In this document: positions 48,305 to 58,555 of the stretch, piece by piece
Layout of the letters: every line of letters begins with the position of its first letter
Numbering within the stretch: the stretch's first letter is position 1
Origin: an uncultured Verrucomicrobiae bacterium
GTDB taxonomy: Bacteria > Verrucomicrobiota > Verrucomicrobiia > Chthoniobacterales > UBA10450
NCBI GenBank assembly: GCA_963772365.1
Contig: CAVYXA010000001.1
Coordinates: 64,001-128,000, forward strand
Reading direction: 5' to 3'
DNA: 64,000 nucleotides
The notes under the pieces: model-generated
The model's input: only the letters and a program-made list of their open reading frames with translations
The model's database searches: none
What the model was told of the DNA's origin: nothing
Position numbers and translations under genes: made by a program

Positions 48305-50290
48305 TCACTTGCCAATCGATTCCAGATCGTAAATCGCGCCCCAGCCAGGACCGGATTTGATTGGCGGGGAAATTTTTTCCCACGGCCGTGTGCTCGAGGA
48401 ATAGTTCGCATCTTCCTCGCGTCCCCAAAAAATGTAGCGAACACCGAAATGCCGGGCGATTTCGCGCCAATCCCGGCCGCCCAGCATCAGATCGCGTAAT
48501 TGGTTTTGCACTTCAGCGTAATCGGCAAAGCCTTGTGTCCACAGATGCCCGGGATAACCCATCACAAGTTTCCGGCCCTGGAGCAGAAGTGGATGATTGT
48601 ATGTGGGAAATGCCGCGAAGCGCGCTTCGACTGGGAGTTGTCGAACAGCGTCGCCTACCAAGGCCAGCTCGCTGCGCTTGGCAAATTCAAAACCCGGGGT
48701 GCCGGCCGCAAGGCCGCCAAACAGACTAACGAAGCCGGACCCAAATAGTATCGCGCAGGCGGCGACCCTGGGCGCAACGGGCCATTCCAGAATCAGATCG
48801 CGCCAGAGAAACGGAAGAATGATGAAATAACCCCAGAACATCAGCTTGAGGTTGTCCCAGGTCCACGGAGCCAGACGGACGAAGTATCCGATCAGAAAAA
48901 TGACGACTGCCGGGATAAGAAAAGCAACTGTGTCCGGCTTTTCTTTTATCATCCCAGTCTTCCAAACTCGCAATGCAATTATACCGACGAAAGTGAGAAC
49001 CAGAGGAAACCAGACCCCGAAATTGCCGAACCAAAAGTTGATGAAAGAACCGCGTGCCAGCTCCTCATTGGGTTCGGATCGGATCCAACCCGGCTGCCAG
49101 GCCAGAATCGACCCGGCATGAAAGTGATCGGTTGTGAGCCACACAAAAAAAGTGGCGGGGATTAGCGCACAACCAACAAGCATCACCAGATGCCTGCTCA
49201 TTTTCATGTTGCTCAGGAGATTGATCCATCGGAGAGGCCGCTCGCGGTGTTCCGTGCGCATAAGATCGACAAGAGACGTGGAGCACTCAAAGAGAACAAG
49301 ACAAAGCGCCACGATGCTAAGCGCCAGGAACGTGTGGAAATGAAATAGCGGCATCGAGGCGTAAAGCGAAAGCTCGACCCAAAATGGCAGCGGACTGTAG
49401 TCGCGGGCGGTGACCGCGGCGGGTCTTTCGTTCGCAGATCCGTGGTCTGCGCCCGCCCTCAGGAAAAATCTTTCACGCCAGTTCCAGAGAAGTATCAAAC
49501 CTGCGGGAATGGCGTAGAGCAGGCCGCGCTGAGTCACGAACATCGTCAGCGGGATACTTTTCCAGGCAATGGTTTTATCGCCCTCATAATCCAGCCACTG
49601 GTGCGTCTTCAGAATTTCGAAGCTAGCAATCCCGCCATTGAACAGGAACGCAGCGATTCCAAACGCGCCGCCCCAGCGGAAAAAAGCATAAAACGTCGCG
49701 ACAGAAGCGAGCAAGCCCACCCAGATGAGACCGCGAATCAGATCGACATCGACGGAGGAAAGCAGCGCGTTAAAGAGATCGATCCCCGCCGGGTAACGCA
49801 GTTTGCTGAAGACGTAGATTGGATTGTCGGGCCAGAACGCAACGCCGCTCGCCAGGTTTTTGATGTAAGTGATATGCAACGCCAGATCGCCCAGATTGTA
49901 GGGTGATTGGATGCGAAGGTGATCGCCATCGATGTAGAGCAGCCAGCAAAACGAACGCGCAGCGAATATGGCAAAACAGATACCGAGCAACCAGATCCAA
50001 ATGTTTGTGTAGCGCGGACCGGATGGCTCGACCGATTCCATTGCTTTTTTTCTGAGCCGGTGCTGCGCTCGTTTCGACAGATTCGGCTTGGGCTGTATCT
50101 GTTGAACGGAACGGGCCTTTACCGAGTAGCGGTCGCGCGTTGTGAAGTAAGCCGCAATCGCCATCAAACCTCCAGCGATAAGCGCAGCCGCCGCAGTGGG
50201 TGGATTCAAACCGTTGCCAACTAAACCGAGCAAGACTGCGAAAATGGTGGAGAGATTTACAAATGTTAAACCGGCAGAAAGCCATTTCAT
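48305..50290 (-). CDS. Large polytopic membrane protein, possibly GT-C glycosyltransferase-like
   Basis: 661 aa, many TM segments, NLGDLALH, YPGHLW, VRYIFWG.EE; coupled to 50287-52239. Confidence 0.65.
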   Translation of the reverse strand: MKWLSAGLTFVNLSTIFAVLLGLVGNGLNPPTAAAALIAGGLMAIAAYFTTRDRYSVKARSVQQIQPKPNLSKRAQHRLRKKAMESVEPSGPRYTNIWIWLLGICFAIFAARSFCWLLYIDGDHLRIQSPYNLGDLALHITYIKNLASGVAFWPDNPIYVFSKLRYPAGIDLFNALLSSVDVDLIRGLIWVGLLASVATFYAFFRWGGAFGIAAFLFNGGIASFEILKTHQWLDYEGDKTIAWKSIPLTMFVTQRGLLYAIPAGLILLWNWRERFFLRAGADHGSANERPAAVTARDYSPLPFWVELSLYASMPLFHFHTFLALSIVALCLVLFECSTSLVDLMRTEHRERPLRWINLLSNMKMSRHLVMLVGCALIPATFFVWLTTDHFHAGSILAWQPGWIRSEPNEELARGSFINFWFGNFGVWFPLVLTFVGIIALRVWKTGMIKEKPDTVAFLIPAVVIFLIGYFVRLAPWTWDNLKLMFWGYFIILPFLWRDLILEWPVAPRVAACAILFGSGFVSLFGGLAAGTPGFEFAKRSELALVGDAVRQLPVEARFAAFPTYNHPLLLQGRKLVMGYPGHLWTQGFADYAEVQNQLRDLMLGGRDWREIARHFGVRYIFWGREEDANYSSSTRPWEKISPPIKSGPGWGAIYDLESIGK

Positions 50291-52239
50291 TGCTGCGCGC
50301 TTTTGTTAGCCGGATTCTTGCTGTTGAACTCAGGTTCGCGATTCGGAAACAGAGGCTTGAAAATTTTCGCCCGAAAATATGCCTTCGAAGTATCCTGATA
50401 AGCGCGAATTTTTAATGTCTCCGTGTAATAGGAGCCTTGGAGTTTCGATTCCACCTGGCTGATCCTGTCTTCTTCGACCAGAAGAAAATCTGCAACCAGC
50501 GTGCCTGGCATGTTCTCGTGTTCGTAGTAACCAATCGCTGAAAAATCCCCTAACATCCACGGAAGCGGGTAGGGGCTGGGACGCAAGATCAAGCCTTTCA
50601 AGTGGTAGGCAGCGGGGTCTCGGGAGGCCAGCTCAAGTAATGGATCGGTGAACTTGTAGATATCGTTGTAAGTCTGCACATACACATACGGTTCCGTATC
50701 CGTCGTACAACGAAAATAATTGAGCCAGATTGCCATCTCTAATGAAAATAAGAGCGCGATCGCAGCCGTGACGCGTTGGACGGCCTGCATCAGACGCTCA
50801 CTGGTTCTTGCAGACTGGCCGAGCCATAAACCGAGACCACTGCCAGCGAGCGCCGAAACAATGGCGCAGCCGTAAAGGGTTCCGCCCATTTGCCCGCAAA
50901 GGCCGCTTGTACTGCCCGCGGTCAGGGTAAGCTTGATCGCTTCATTGAGATAGATCCCCATTGAGCAGGTTTGTGGAGCCGAAGCGGCTTGAATGAAATA
51001 ACTGATCACGCCGCCGAGGCCGAAACCGAGAACAGCTCCGCCGACCGCGTAAAACGCTTTGCGCGGGATTTTAAGGGCGGCCGTTCCGGCAGCAAAAACA
51101 AAGAGGAACGGCCAGGCAATGCTAATAATAATCCACGGCGTCTTGTAATGGATGATGCTGTAAGCCGCTAAAATACCCACGCCATAGATCGCGAAGTAGC
51201 GGATGACAAGGTTGTTGAAAAACTGACATGCGAGGCAAAGCGTCAGTCCGATAAAGACCGGCCATTCATAGCGTAGTACCAGTTCCAGCCAGTAAAGCCA
51301 TGGCTTTTCGTGTCCGTGACCTTCGCTACCCGTGCTGAACCACGGCGCGAATGCCCGATATAACCCCTTCACACCGCTCCAGTGGAAAAATGTTCCGGAA
51401 TAAAAGAAAACAATCGCACCGACGCCGACCGCGCAGAGCATGATAAGATCGACAGCAGTCCAAGTCTGCCGGACGGGCTTTGAGTCAGGAACAGGATTCA
51501 GCGCGTTTGAGATCATCAACATCGGAATAGCGATCAGCGCGCAGCCGATATGGATGATGTAGGTTTCCTTGGTCAGGATCATCCCGGCCACTCCAATGCC
51601 CGCGGACCAGAGATAATTTGCTTTTCCGAATTTCCACAGTCCGAGCAGGCCGAGAATGAACATCATCGAGAAGAGAACGAGCCACGCTTCGTGAATCGAA
51701 TAACGGCCGTAAAAAATAAAGCCCGGGGAAACTGCCATTGCCAGTGCAGCGATGCGGCTCGCGTTCCGTCCTACGAACGGCTCAAATTTTAAACAAAGCC
51801 AAACGCAAGCAATGCTTCCGAGCACCACCGGCAGCCGCAAAGCCCAGACGTTGCGCCCAAATAGCGCCTCCGAGAGAAACAAAACATAGAAATGCAATGG
51901 TCCGTGATAATTGGTCGGATCGTATTTGTAGTACCCGTCCTTGACCATCTCATCGACAAACCAACCGTTGATGCCCTCATCGAAATGCGGCGGTTTGATC
52001 CCGAGCAGAAATAACCGAAGAAAGATGGCGACCGCCAGAATGACCCATGGTACCCAACCCACTTCCACGAGCCGCGCGCGCCAGGTATCGAGTTGATCGC
52101 GTAACGTCGGGAAATCCGCCGGCGCGATTTCTTTGGGATTAATCTCAGTCGTTTCTCTCACAACGGGCACAAAGGTTCGCGAAGGGGACAAGACGAGGGG
52201 TTGCGGGGTACGCGATTCGCGATTTGCAAGATCGCGCAT
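50287..52239 (-). CDS. GT39/PMT-like membrane glycosyltransferase (TIGR03663/Agl23-like)
   Basis: PPHFDEG..YKYDPTNYHGPL, LTKET, YKTPW, YVYVQT, YPLPW. Confidence 0.75.
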   Translation of the reverse strand: MRDLANRESRTPQPLVLSPSRTFVPVVRETTEINPKEIAPADFPTLRDQLDTWRARLVEVGWVPWVILAVAIFLRLFLLGIKPPHFDEGINGWFVDEMVKDGYYKYDPTNYHGPLHFYVLFLSEALFGRNVWALRLPVVLGSIACVWLCLKFEPFVGRNASRIAALAMAVSPGFIFYGRYSIHEAWLVLFSMMFILGLLGLWKFGKANYLWSAGIGVAGMILTKETYIIHIGCALIAIPMLMISNALNPVPDSKPVRQTWTAVDLIMLCAVGVGAIVFFYSGTFFHWSGVKGLYRAFAPWFSTGSEGHGHEKPWLYWLELVLRYEWPVFIGLTLCLACQFFNNLVIRYFAIYGVGILAAYSIIHYKTPWIIISIAWPFLFVFAAGTAALKIPRKAFYAVGGAVLGFGLGGVISYFIQAASAPQTCSMGIYLNEAIKLTLTAGSTSGLCGQMGGTLYGCAIVSALAGSGLGLWLGQSARTSERLMQAVQRVTAAIALLFSLEMAIWLNYFRCTTDTEPYVYVQTYNDIYKFTDPLLELASRDPAAYHLKGLILRPSPYPLPWMLGDFSAIGYYEHENMPGTLVADFLLVEEDRISQVESKLQGSYYTETLKIRAYQDTSKAYFRAKIFKPLFPNREPEFNSKNPANKSAQQ

Positions 52240-52289
52240 CCCCCCATGCGCGGCGCTTGACGCGTGCCATCTCGCTGCTATCTGGCGCT

Positions 52290-53279
52290 GTGCGCATTTT
52301 GGTGACCGGTGGCTGCGGATTCATCGGAAGCAACTTTGTTCGATACATTCTGCAACATTACAAACCCGCGTTTGTGACCAACGTCGATGTGCTCACCTAC
52401 GCCGGGAACCTCGCCAATCTCGCTGGCGTGGTCGAGGAACATGGCGAGCGTTACGAATTTTTCAAAGCCGATATCGCCAACGCTGACGAAATGGACGCGC
52501 TCATGACCGAGCACCAGTTCTATTCCATCATAAATTTCGCAGCCGAATCGCATGTCGACCGCAGCATCGATTCGCCGCTTAATTTCATTCACACCAACGT
52601 GGTCGGGACTGGCGTCCTGCTCGATTGCGCGCGCCGGCATGGCGTTCAGCGTTTCATTCAGGTTTCCACTGATGAAGTTTACGGATCGCTCGGCAAAACG
52701 GGAAAGTTTACCGAGCAAAGTCCGCTCGATCCGAGTTCGCCATACTCAGCGAGCAAAGCGGGGGCGGATCTGCTTGCACTCGGTTATTACAAAACATACG
52801 GCCAGGATGTGATCGTCACCCGCTGCTCCAACAACTACGGTCCTTATCAATTTCCCGAAAAACTGATCCCGCTCATGATCATCAAGGCGATCCGGGACGA
52901 GCCGCTGCCGGTTTATGGGGATGGCGGGAACGTGCGGGATTGGATTCATGTGAATGACCATTGCGCCGGGATCGTCTCTGCGTTGTTCGAAGGAAAACCG
53001 GGCGCGGTTTACAACTTCGGCGGCAACAGTGAGATGGTGAATCTCGATGTCGTGAAAATGATTCTGAAAAAGCTCGGAAAACCGGAAAACCTCATCTCAT
53101 TTGTCGAAGATCGACTCGGGCACGATCGACGTTACGCCATCGATTCGTCATTCGCCCAGCGGGAATTGAAGTGGAAACCGCGAAAAGATTTCCCGGAAGG
53201 TTTGGAAGAAACGATCCAGTGGTACATCGACAATCCATCCTGGTGGCAACCGCTGCTCGAACGCGCGGGCAGATATTAG
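52290..53279 (+). CDS. rfbB: dTDP-glucose 4,6-dehydratase
   Basis: GGCGFIGSN, LTYAGN, AAESHVDRSI, STDEVYG, YSASK, NNYGPYQFPEK. Confidence 0.95.
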   Translation: MRILVTGGCGFIGSNFVRYILQHYKPAFVTNVDVLTYAGNLANLAGVVEEHGERYEFFKADIANADEMDALMTEHQFYSIINFAAESHVDRSIDSPLNFIHTNVVGTGVLLDCARRHGVQRFIQVSTDEVYGSLGKTGKFTEQSPLDPSSPYSASKAGADLLALGYYKTYGQDVIVTRCSNNYGPYQFPEKLIPLMIIKAIRDEPLPVYGDGGNVRDWIHVNDHCAGIVSALFEGKPGAVYNFGGNSEMVNLDVVKMILKKLGKPENLISFVEDRLGHDRRYAIDSSFAQRELKWKPRKDFPEGLEETIQWYIDNPSWWQPLLERAGRY

Positions 53280-53391
53280 AGGCCAAATTTGCCGCCGGTT
53301 TGCGCTTGTCTGCCAGTCGTGAAGTTGATTAGATTTTCGCTGAACGAGAGGTCGACGCTGGAATCGATACAAACTCCTTCGTTAACCAGGA

Positions 53392-55413
53392 ATGTTTCGC
53401 GAAACCATTGCCTTGTTGTTTTTCACCGTCGCTGGTGTGATGTCGATCTGCGCGGTTGCTCCGTCATTGGCACCCAGTTCGGTAAAGGCAGCGCCAGAAT
53501 CTTTGGATAAGATCGCTCCCTGGGTACTTGAGCATACGGGAGGCGGTAAGGAAGCTGAGTTTTTCGTTGTGCTGGCGGATCAAGCGGATCTCACGGGTGC
53601 CGCTGGGTTCCAGTCGAAAAACGAAAAAGGCCGATTTGTCCGACGAGCCCTGTGGAAAACGGCCCGCTCAACTCAAGGGCCGCTTCTGAAATGGCTGAGT
53701 GATCGAAACATCGAGCATCGCTCCTATTACATCGTGAATATGATCTGGGTAAAAGGAGGACTGGAGTTGGCGCGCGCGTTATCCGCGCGACCCGACGTCC
53801 GGCGGATCGAAGGCAATCCGATGATTCAGAATATTTCCAATTCAATCGCTCCACTTGAGCAAACTATTTTGCGCCGGGGACCCGGAATAGTGTCGCTCGT
53901 CGAACCGGGCATTACTTACACCCGCGCACCGGAGGTATGGGCTGTCGGTTACGTTGGGCAGGGGATCGTCGTCGGGGGAGCTGGAACTGGTTACCGGTGG
54001 ACGCACACGGCGTTAAAAAATCAGTATCGCGGCTGGGACGGCACGAACGCGAACCACAATTACAACTGGCACGACAGCATTCATTCCGGCGGCGGAAGTT
54101 GCGGCGCCGATTCTCTCCAGCCGTGCGATGACAACGGCCTTGGCACGCACACATTGGGCACGGCGATCGGTGACGATGGTAGCGGCAATCAGATTGGGAT
54201 GGCGCCGGATGCAAAATGGATCGGATGCCGCAACATGGATCAGGGAGTTGGCACGCCGGCTACTTACCTGGAATGTCTCGAATTTTTTCTCGCGCCCTAT
54301 CCGGTAGGCGGAGATCCATCCCAAGGTGATCCGACCAAGGCCCCACATGTAACGGTCAATTCCTGGAGCTGTCCCGCATCGGAAGGTTGTTCCGTGGCAA
54401 CTTTGCAGTCAGCGCTCGAAGCCCAACGCGCGGCCGGAATCGTTACTGTGGCTGGCGTTGGGGCTGGAGGTCCGGCGTGTTCAACTGTATCGGATCCACC
54501 CGCGATTTATGATGCTGTTTATTCCGCCGGAGCGTTAGGTACGGGCACGGATGTCATCACTTCTTTCAGTAGCCGCGGTCCGGTAACGGTCGATGGCAGC
54601 ATGCGGCTGAAGCCAGATATAACGGCGCCGAGCACGAGTATTCGTTCGACTTATCTAACCAGCGACACTGCGTACGCCACTTTTAGCGGCACCTCCATGG
54701 CGGGTGCTCACATTGCGGGTGCGGTCGCGTTGCTCTTGTCCGCCCGGCCGGAGTTGATCGGTGATGTGTCGATGATGCGAAGCGTTTTGAACCAGTCTGC
54801 GGTGCATATTTTAAATAGTACATGTGACGGCGGGGGGCCGGGCATTTCGCCTAACAACACCTATGGTTATGGGCGCGTGGACGTGAAATCCGCGGTCGGC
54901 TTTCTGCTTACCGCAGCAGTGTCGCGGAAAACCCACGGAGCTGCCGGCGCATTCGATGTCGATCTTCCACTTGCCGCTGATCACGGGGTCGAATGCCGCA
55001 GCAGCGAGGGCAATCACACGTTGGTATTTATCTTTACAAATCCGGTAATCGGCGGCGATGTCAGTATTGAAAGCGGCATGGGCAATATTTCCGGGCCGCC
55101 TGTGTTCTCCGGCAACACGATGACAGTGAACCTGACTGGCGTCGCTAACCGGCAAACGCTCACCGTCCGGTTGAGCAGCGTCACGGACGATTCAGATCAC
55201 GTTTTGCCAGATACGCTAGTGAGCATGGAGCTGTTGATTGGCGACACCAACGGCAACGGGATCGTGAACGCAAGCGACATTGCGCAGGCGAAATCTCGGA
55301 TCGGTCAACCCGTAACCAGTAACAATTTTCGCACGGACATTAACGTTAACGGCACAATCAACGCATCCGATGTGTCGATTGTGAAATCGCAAGTCGGCGC
55401 GTCGTTGCCCTGA
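53392..55413 (+). CDS. S8 subtilase homolog with C-terminal dockerin-like domain; catalytic Asp and His substituted
   Basis: GMAPDAKWI, SFSSRGP, KPDITAP, SGTSMA; GDTNGNGIVN/DINVNGTIN repeats. Confidence 0.85.
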   Translation: MFRETIALLFFTVAGVMSICAVAPSLAPSSVKAAPESLDKIAPWVLEHTGGGKEAEFFVVLADQADLTGAAGFQSKNEKGRFVRRALWKTARSTQGPLLKWLSDRNIEHRSYYIVNMIWVKGGLELARALSARPDVRRIEGNPMIQNISNSIAPLEQTILRRGPGIVSLVEPGITYTRAPEVWAVGYVGQGIVVGGAGTGYRWTHTALKNQYRGWDGTNANHNYNWHDSIHSGGGSCGADSLQPCDDNGLGTHTLGTAIGDDGSGNQIGMAPDAKWIGCRNMDQGVGTPATYLECLEFFLAPYPVGGDPSQGDPTKAPHVTVNSWSCPASEGCSVATLQSALEAQRAAGIVTVAGVGAGGPACSTVSDPPAIYDAVYSAGALGTGTDVITSFSSRGPVTVDGSMRLKPDITAPSTSIRSTYLTSDTAYATFSGTSMAGAHIAGAVALLLSARPELIGDVSMMRSVLNQSAVHILNSTCDGGGPGISPNNTYGYGRVDVKSAVGFLLTAAVSRKTHGAAGAFDVDLPLAADHGVECRSSEGNHTLVFIFTNPVIGGDVSIESGMGNISGPPVFSGNTMTVNLTGVANRQTLTVRLSSVTDDSDHVLPDTLVSMELLIGDTNGNGIVNASDIAQAKSRIGQPVTSNNFRTDINVNGTINASDVSIVKSQVGASLP

Positions 55414-55456
55414 CTGCAGTCGTGTACCGCCGAGCAGGAAAGCTTCCCAGCAGCTG

Positions 55457-55486
55457 TTGACATTCTGGTCATCGTATGACCATCCT
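55457..55486 (+). promoter_or_regulatory. TA promoter with palindromic operator
   Basis: TTGACA at 55457 followed by TGGTCAT-CGT-ATGACCA (55466-55482). Confidence 0.65.
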
Positions 55487-55492
55487 GTGGCC

Positions 55493-55742
55493 ATGGAATC
55501 GGTAAGTGTTGCTAAATTGAAAAGTAATCTCAGCCGCTATCTGAACTCGGTAAGAAAAGGCTCCGAGATCATGGTCACTTCTCATCGCCATTCGATTGCC
55601 CGCATTGTTCCATCGCTAGGTCGGCGGATAATTTGAAGATCATTCCTGCGCGCAAACCGGTCTCGTCTTTGAAAAAATCAAGGGACTCAACCTGGATGTG
55701 GATCTGGTCGCCGACCTTTTAACCGACCGGCGACGTCGATGA
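55493..55742 (+). pseudogene. Phd/YefM antitoxin, two frameshifts
   Basis: MESVSVAKLKSNLSRYL..IARIVP; C-terminus ..DLLTDRRRR* in another frame overlaps vapC ATG. Confidence 0.75.
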
Positions 55743-56155
55743 ACGTTTACCTCGATTCTTCCGTCGTGCTACAACGGTTACAGGGCAAGCAACGCGTGAT
55801 CGCCGATTGGGGAAATTGGCAGCATGCTTACAGCAGCGAATTACTTCGTGCCGAAGTCTTACGCAGCATCGATCGCAATCGGTTGCGGGGCGCGCTGGAG
55901 GATGATGACGTGGCTGAGCTTGTCACGAACGCGCACACCATCTTTGATGCGATCGAGTTCGTCGCTCTAAATGCCGCAATTTTGAGGAGAGCTTCGCAAT
56001 CGTTTTTAACGCCGCTCGGCACGCTGGACGCACTGCATCTGGCTGCGGCCTTGCACCTGGTCGACATCGCTCGAATCGATCTGGTTCTTCTTACTCATGA
56101 CAGCGCCTTAGCGATTGCGGCTCGGAGCGCGAACTTTCGGGTCGCGGGTGTCTAA
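55739..56155 (+). CDS. vapC: VapC/PIN-domain toxin
   Basis: VYLDSSVV, SSELLRAE, LGTLDALHLA, LTHD. Confidence 0.88.
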   Translation: MNVYLDSSVVLQRLQGKQRVIADWGNWQHAYSSELLRAEVLRSIDRNRLRGALEDDDVAELVTNAHTIFDAIEFVALNAAILRRASQSFLTPLGTLDALHLAAALHLVDIARIDLVLLTHDSALAIAARSANFRVAGV

Positions 56156-56184
56156 CCGGGCATGCTGGTTGTGGCCATCTATTC

Positions 56185-57105
56185 ATGAAAATAGTGGTGA
56201 TAGGTGCGGGTGGTCGTCTGGGGGCGGCCCTCACGCGCGTGTATCGGGGAAAACATCACGTCATCGGTTTCGATCATCGCGCTGTCGATCTTTGCCATGA
56301 ACGGCAGATTCGCGAAAAAATCGGTCCGCTCGACTTTGAAGTGCTCATCAACACGGCAGCGCTTACCAATGTCGATTATTGCGAAAGCCATCGGGAGGAA
56401 GCATTCGCCATCAACGCGGAAGCTCCGCGCGTGCTGGCCCAGATTTGCCGGGACAAACAAGCGAAGCTGATCCACATCAGCACCGATTACGTTTTCGACG
56501 GCGAAAAACGCGAGCCCTACCGCGAGGAGGACGAAGCGCGACCGATCAGTGTTTACGGTGAATCAAAACGGGCCGGCGAGGAAAATGTTCTCAATGTTGA
56601 GGAAGCCCATTTAATCGTACGCGTGTCGTGGGTTTTTGGTCCGGACCGGCCGAGCTTTGTCGATGGTGTAATCAAACGGGCATCGGAAAGCGACTATGTC
56701 GATGCAATCGCGGACAAATTCGCCACGCCCACGTACACGCTCGATACCGCAGAAATGCTTCCGCAATTCTTTGGCCCTGGAACGAGAGCCAATCCCGAAG
56801 CCGCGGTCGGCGGCCGCGCCGATAGTGCCGGTGTGGGTGGGATTATGCATTTCGCGAATGCTGGCGAGTGCAGTTGGCAGGAATATGGTCAATGGGCGCT
56901 CGATTGCTGCCGCGACGCAGGATTGCCTCTGAAGGCGACCGCAGTTGGGCCGCTTCAATTGCGCGACATGAAAAATTTCGTTGCGCGGCGCCCGGTTTAT
57001 TCCGTGCTTTCCACGGCCAAATACCAGGCTATAACCGGTCGCGCACCGCGCACTTGGCGAGAGGCCGTCTCTGATTATATTAAGCGCTCTTATTCAAAAA
57101 TATGA
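56185..57105 (+). CDS. rfbD: dTDP-4-dehydrorhamnose reductase
   Basis: GAGGRLG, HISTDYVFDG, VYGESKRAGE, TPTY. Confidence 0.93.
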   Translation: MKIVVIGAGGRLGAALTRVYRGKHHVIGFDHRAVDLCHERQIREKIGPLDFEVLINTAALTNVDYCESHREEAFAINAEAPRVLAQICRDKQAKLIHISTDYVFDGEKREPYREEDEARPISVYGESKRAGEENVLNVEEAHLIVRVSWVFGPDRPSFVDGVIKRASESDYVDAIADKFATPTYTLDTAEMLPQFFGPGTRANPEAAVGGRADSAGVGGIMHFANAGECSWQEYGQWALDCCRDAGLPLKATAVGPLQLRDMKNFVARRPVYSVLSTAKYQAITGRAPRTWREAVSDYIKRSYSKI

Positions 57106-57974
57106 AAACTCATCGCCTGATTCTCGCATCCACCCTGTCGATCTTCCTGTCCGCAACCGCGCGAGCGGATTTGAAATGGGACCAGACCGCGGTCGAACTC
57201 CATCCTTCGATTACCGACAAGCAAGCAATCGGTCATTTTAAATACGAAAACACGGGCAAAGAGCCGGTGCATTTCAAGTCGGTCCACGCCTCCTGCGGCT
57301 GCACCACAGCGCAGACCCAGAAAGAAGAAGTGAAGCCCGGCGAGAAAGGCGAGATCACAGCCACATTCAACATTGGCGATCGCACCGGCACACAGGTCAA
57401 AACCATCACCGTGCAGACCGATAACCCAGATCCGACAAAAGCGACGACGATGCTTAAGCTCACGGCGGTAATTCCGCAGGCGCTCGAGATCACGCCCACT
57501 TTTCTTTTCTGGCAGGACAAAGAGCCCGCGAAAGCGAAGTCAATCATGGTGAAAGCAAACAAGGATTTTCCCGTGAAAGGGATCAAGGCCACCACACCGA
57601 CCAAGGAGTTTGACGTCAAGGTGAACAAGATTGGGAAAGGTGAATACAAGATTGACGTGACGCCGCAGGACATGTCGCACATGTCGGCCGCAACGATCAC
57701 GATTCAGCCCGAGGATACGAATAAGATGTATTATGCCAACGTACGGATAATGGGACCACCAATGTCCCCAGCGCCAATGGGGAATGTCGGGGTGCCGACG
57801 CCTGCAAGTGCGCCCGTTAAAAACGGGACGCCGCCCATGCCCGCTACCAATTCCGGAGCCAACGGTGCCGCACCGCCGCCGACGCCAGTAAATTCGTCGA
57901 ATAACTCCGCCCCGCCGACTCCAGTCCAAAATTCGGCCGGTTCGACATCACCCGCGCCGACGCCGCAACAATAA
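57102..57974 (+). CDS. DUF1573-domain secreted protein with Pro-rich tail
   Basis: ASCGCT motif, signal peptide. Confidence 0.8.
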   Translation: MKTHRLILASTLSIFLSATARADLKWDQTAVELHPSITDKQAIGHFKYENTGKEPVHFKSVHASCGCTTAQTQKEEVKPGEKGEITATFNIGDRTGTQVKTITVQTDNPDPTKATTMLKLTAVIPQALEITPTFLFWQDKEPAKAKSIMVKANKDFPVKGIKATTPTKEFDVKVNKIGKGEYKIDVTPQDMSHMSAATITIQPEDTNKMYYANVRIMGPPMSPAPMGNVGVPTPASAPVKNGTPPMPATNSGANGAAPPPTPVNSSNNSAPPTPVQNSAGSTSPAPTPQQ

Positions 57975-57993
57975 GAAGTCGCATCGCGATCTC

Positions 57994-58440
57994 GTGAGAG
58001 CGCACTGGTTTCGGCAGGCCACCGTGGTCGTTTGTCTTGCCATTCTACCGGCGCTGGCAGAAGCGGTTTATTTTCGCGGCAAGATTTCGTGGCGATCGCC
58101 CATAGCCGCTTCGGAAATGGTGAATGTCGATCAGGCCCAAGCCTGGGGACAAAACGCGATTTGGGTCGATGCCCGTCCCAATGATGAATACGAGAGCGAT
58201 CATGTTCCCGGCGCGATTCTGCTGAACGAAGATCATTGGAACGAATTGTTGCCGCAATTTCTATCGACCTGGTCGCCGGCGAAAAAGGTTGTCGTTTACT
58301 GCAGCAGTCTCAGTTGCAACGCCAGTCGCGATGTCGCCCGGCGGTTGCGAAACGAAGTGCAATTGAAAGACAGCGAAGGAAAAAATTGCGTGTTCGTCCT
58401 CGATGGCGGCTGGGAAGCGTGGCTCAAGAAGAAGAAATGA
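57994..58440 (+). CDS. Rhodanese-like protein
   Basis: WVDAR, HVPGA, VVVYC, VLDGGWEAW. Confidence 0.85.
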   Translation: MRAHWFRQATVVVCLAILPALAEAVYFRGKISWRSPIAASEMVNVDQAQAWGQNAIWVDARPNDEYESDHVPGAILLNEDHWNELLPQFLSTWSPAKKVVVYCSSLSCNASRDVARRLRNEVQLKDSEGKNCVFVLDGGWEAWLKKKK

Positions 58441-58555
58441 GTGATGAGTTCCAAGTGAGTGAAGAGTCGATCCTCACCGGCGCTTCGCGTCCGCCTCTCC
58501 CTGGCCAGGGAGAGGATCGAGGTGAGGGGCAATAGTTAACCGCTAAATCATTAAA

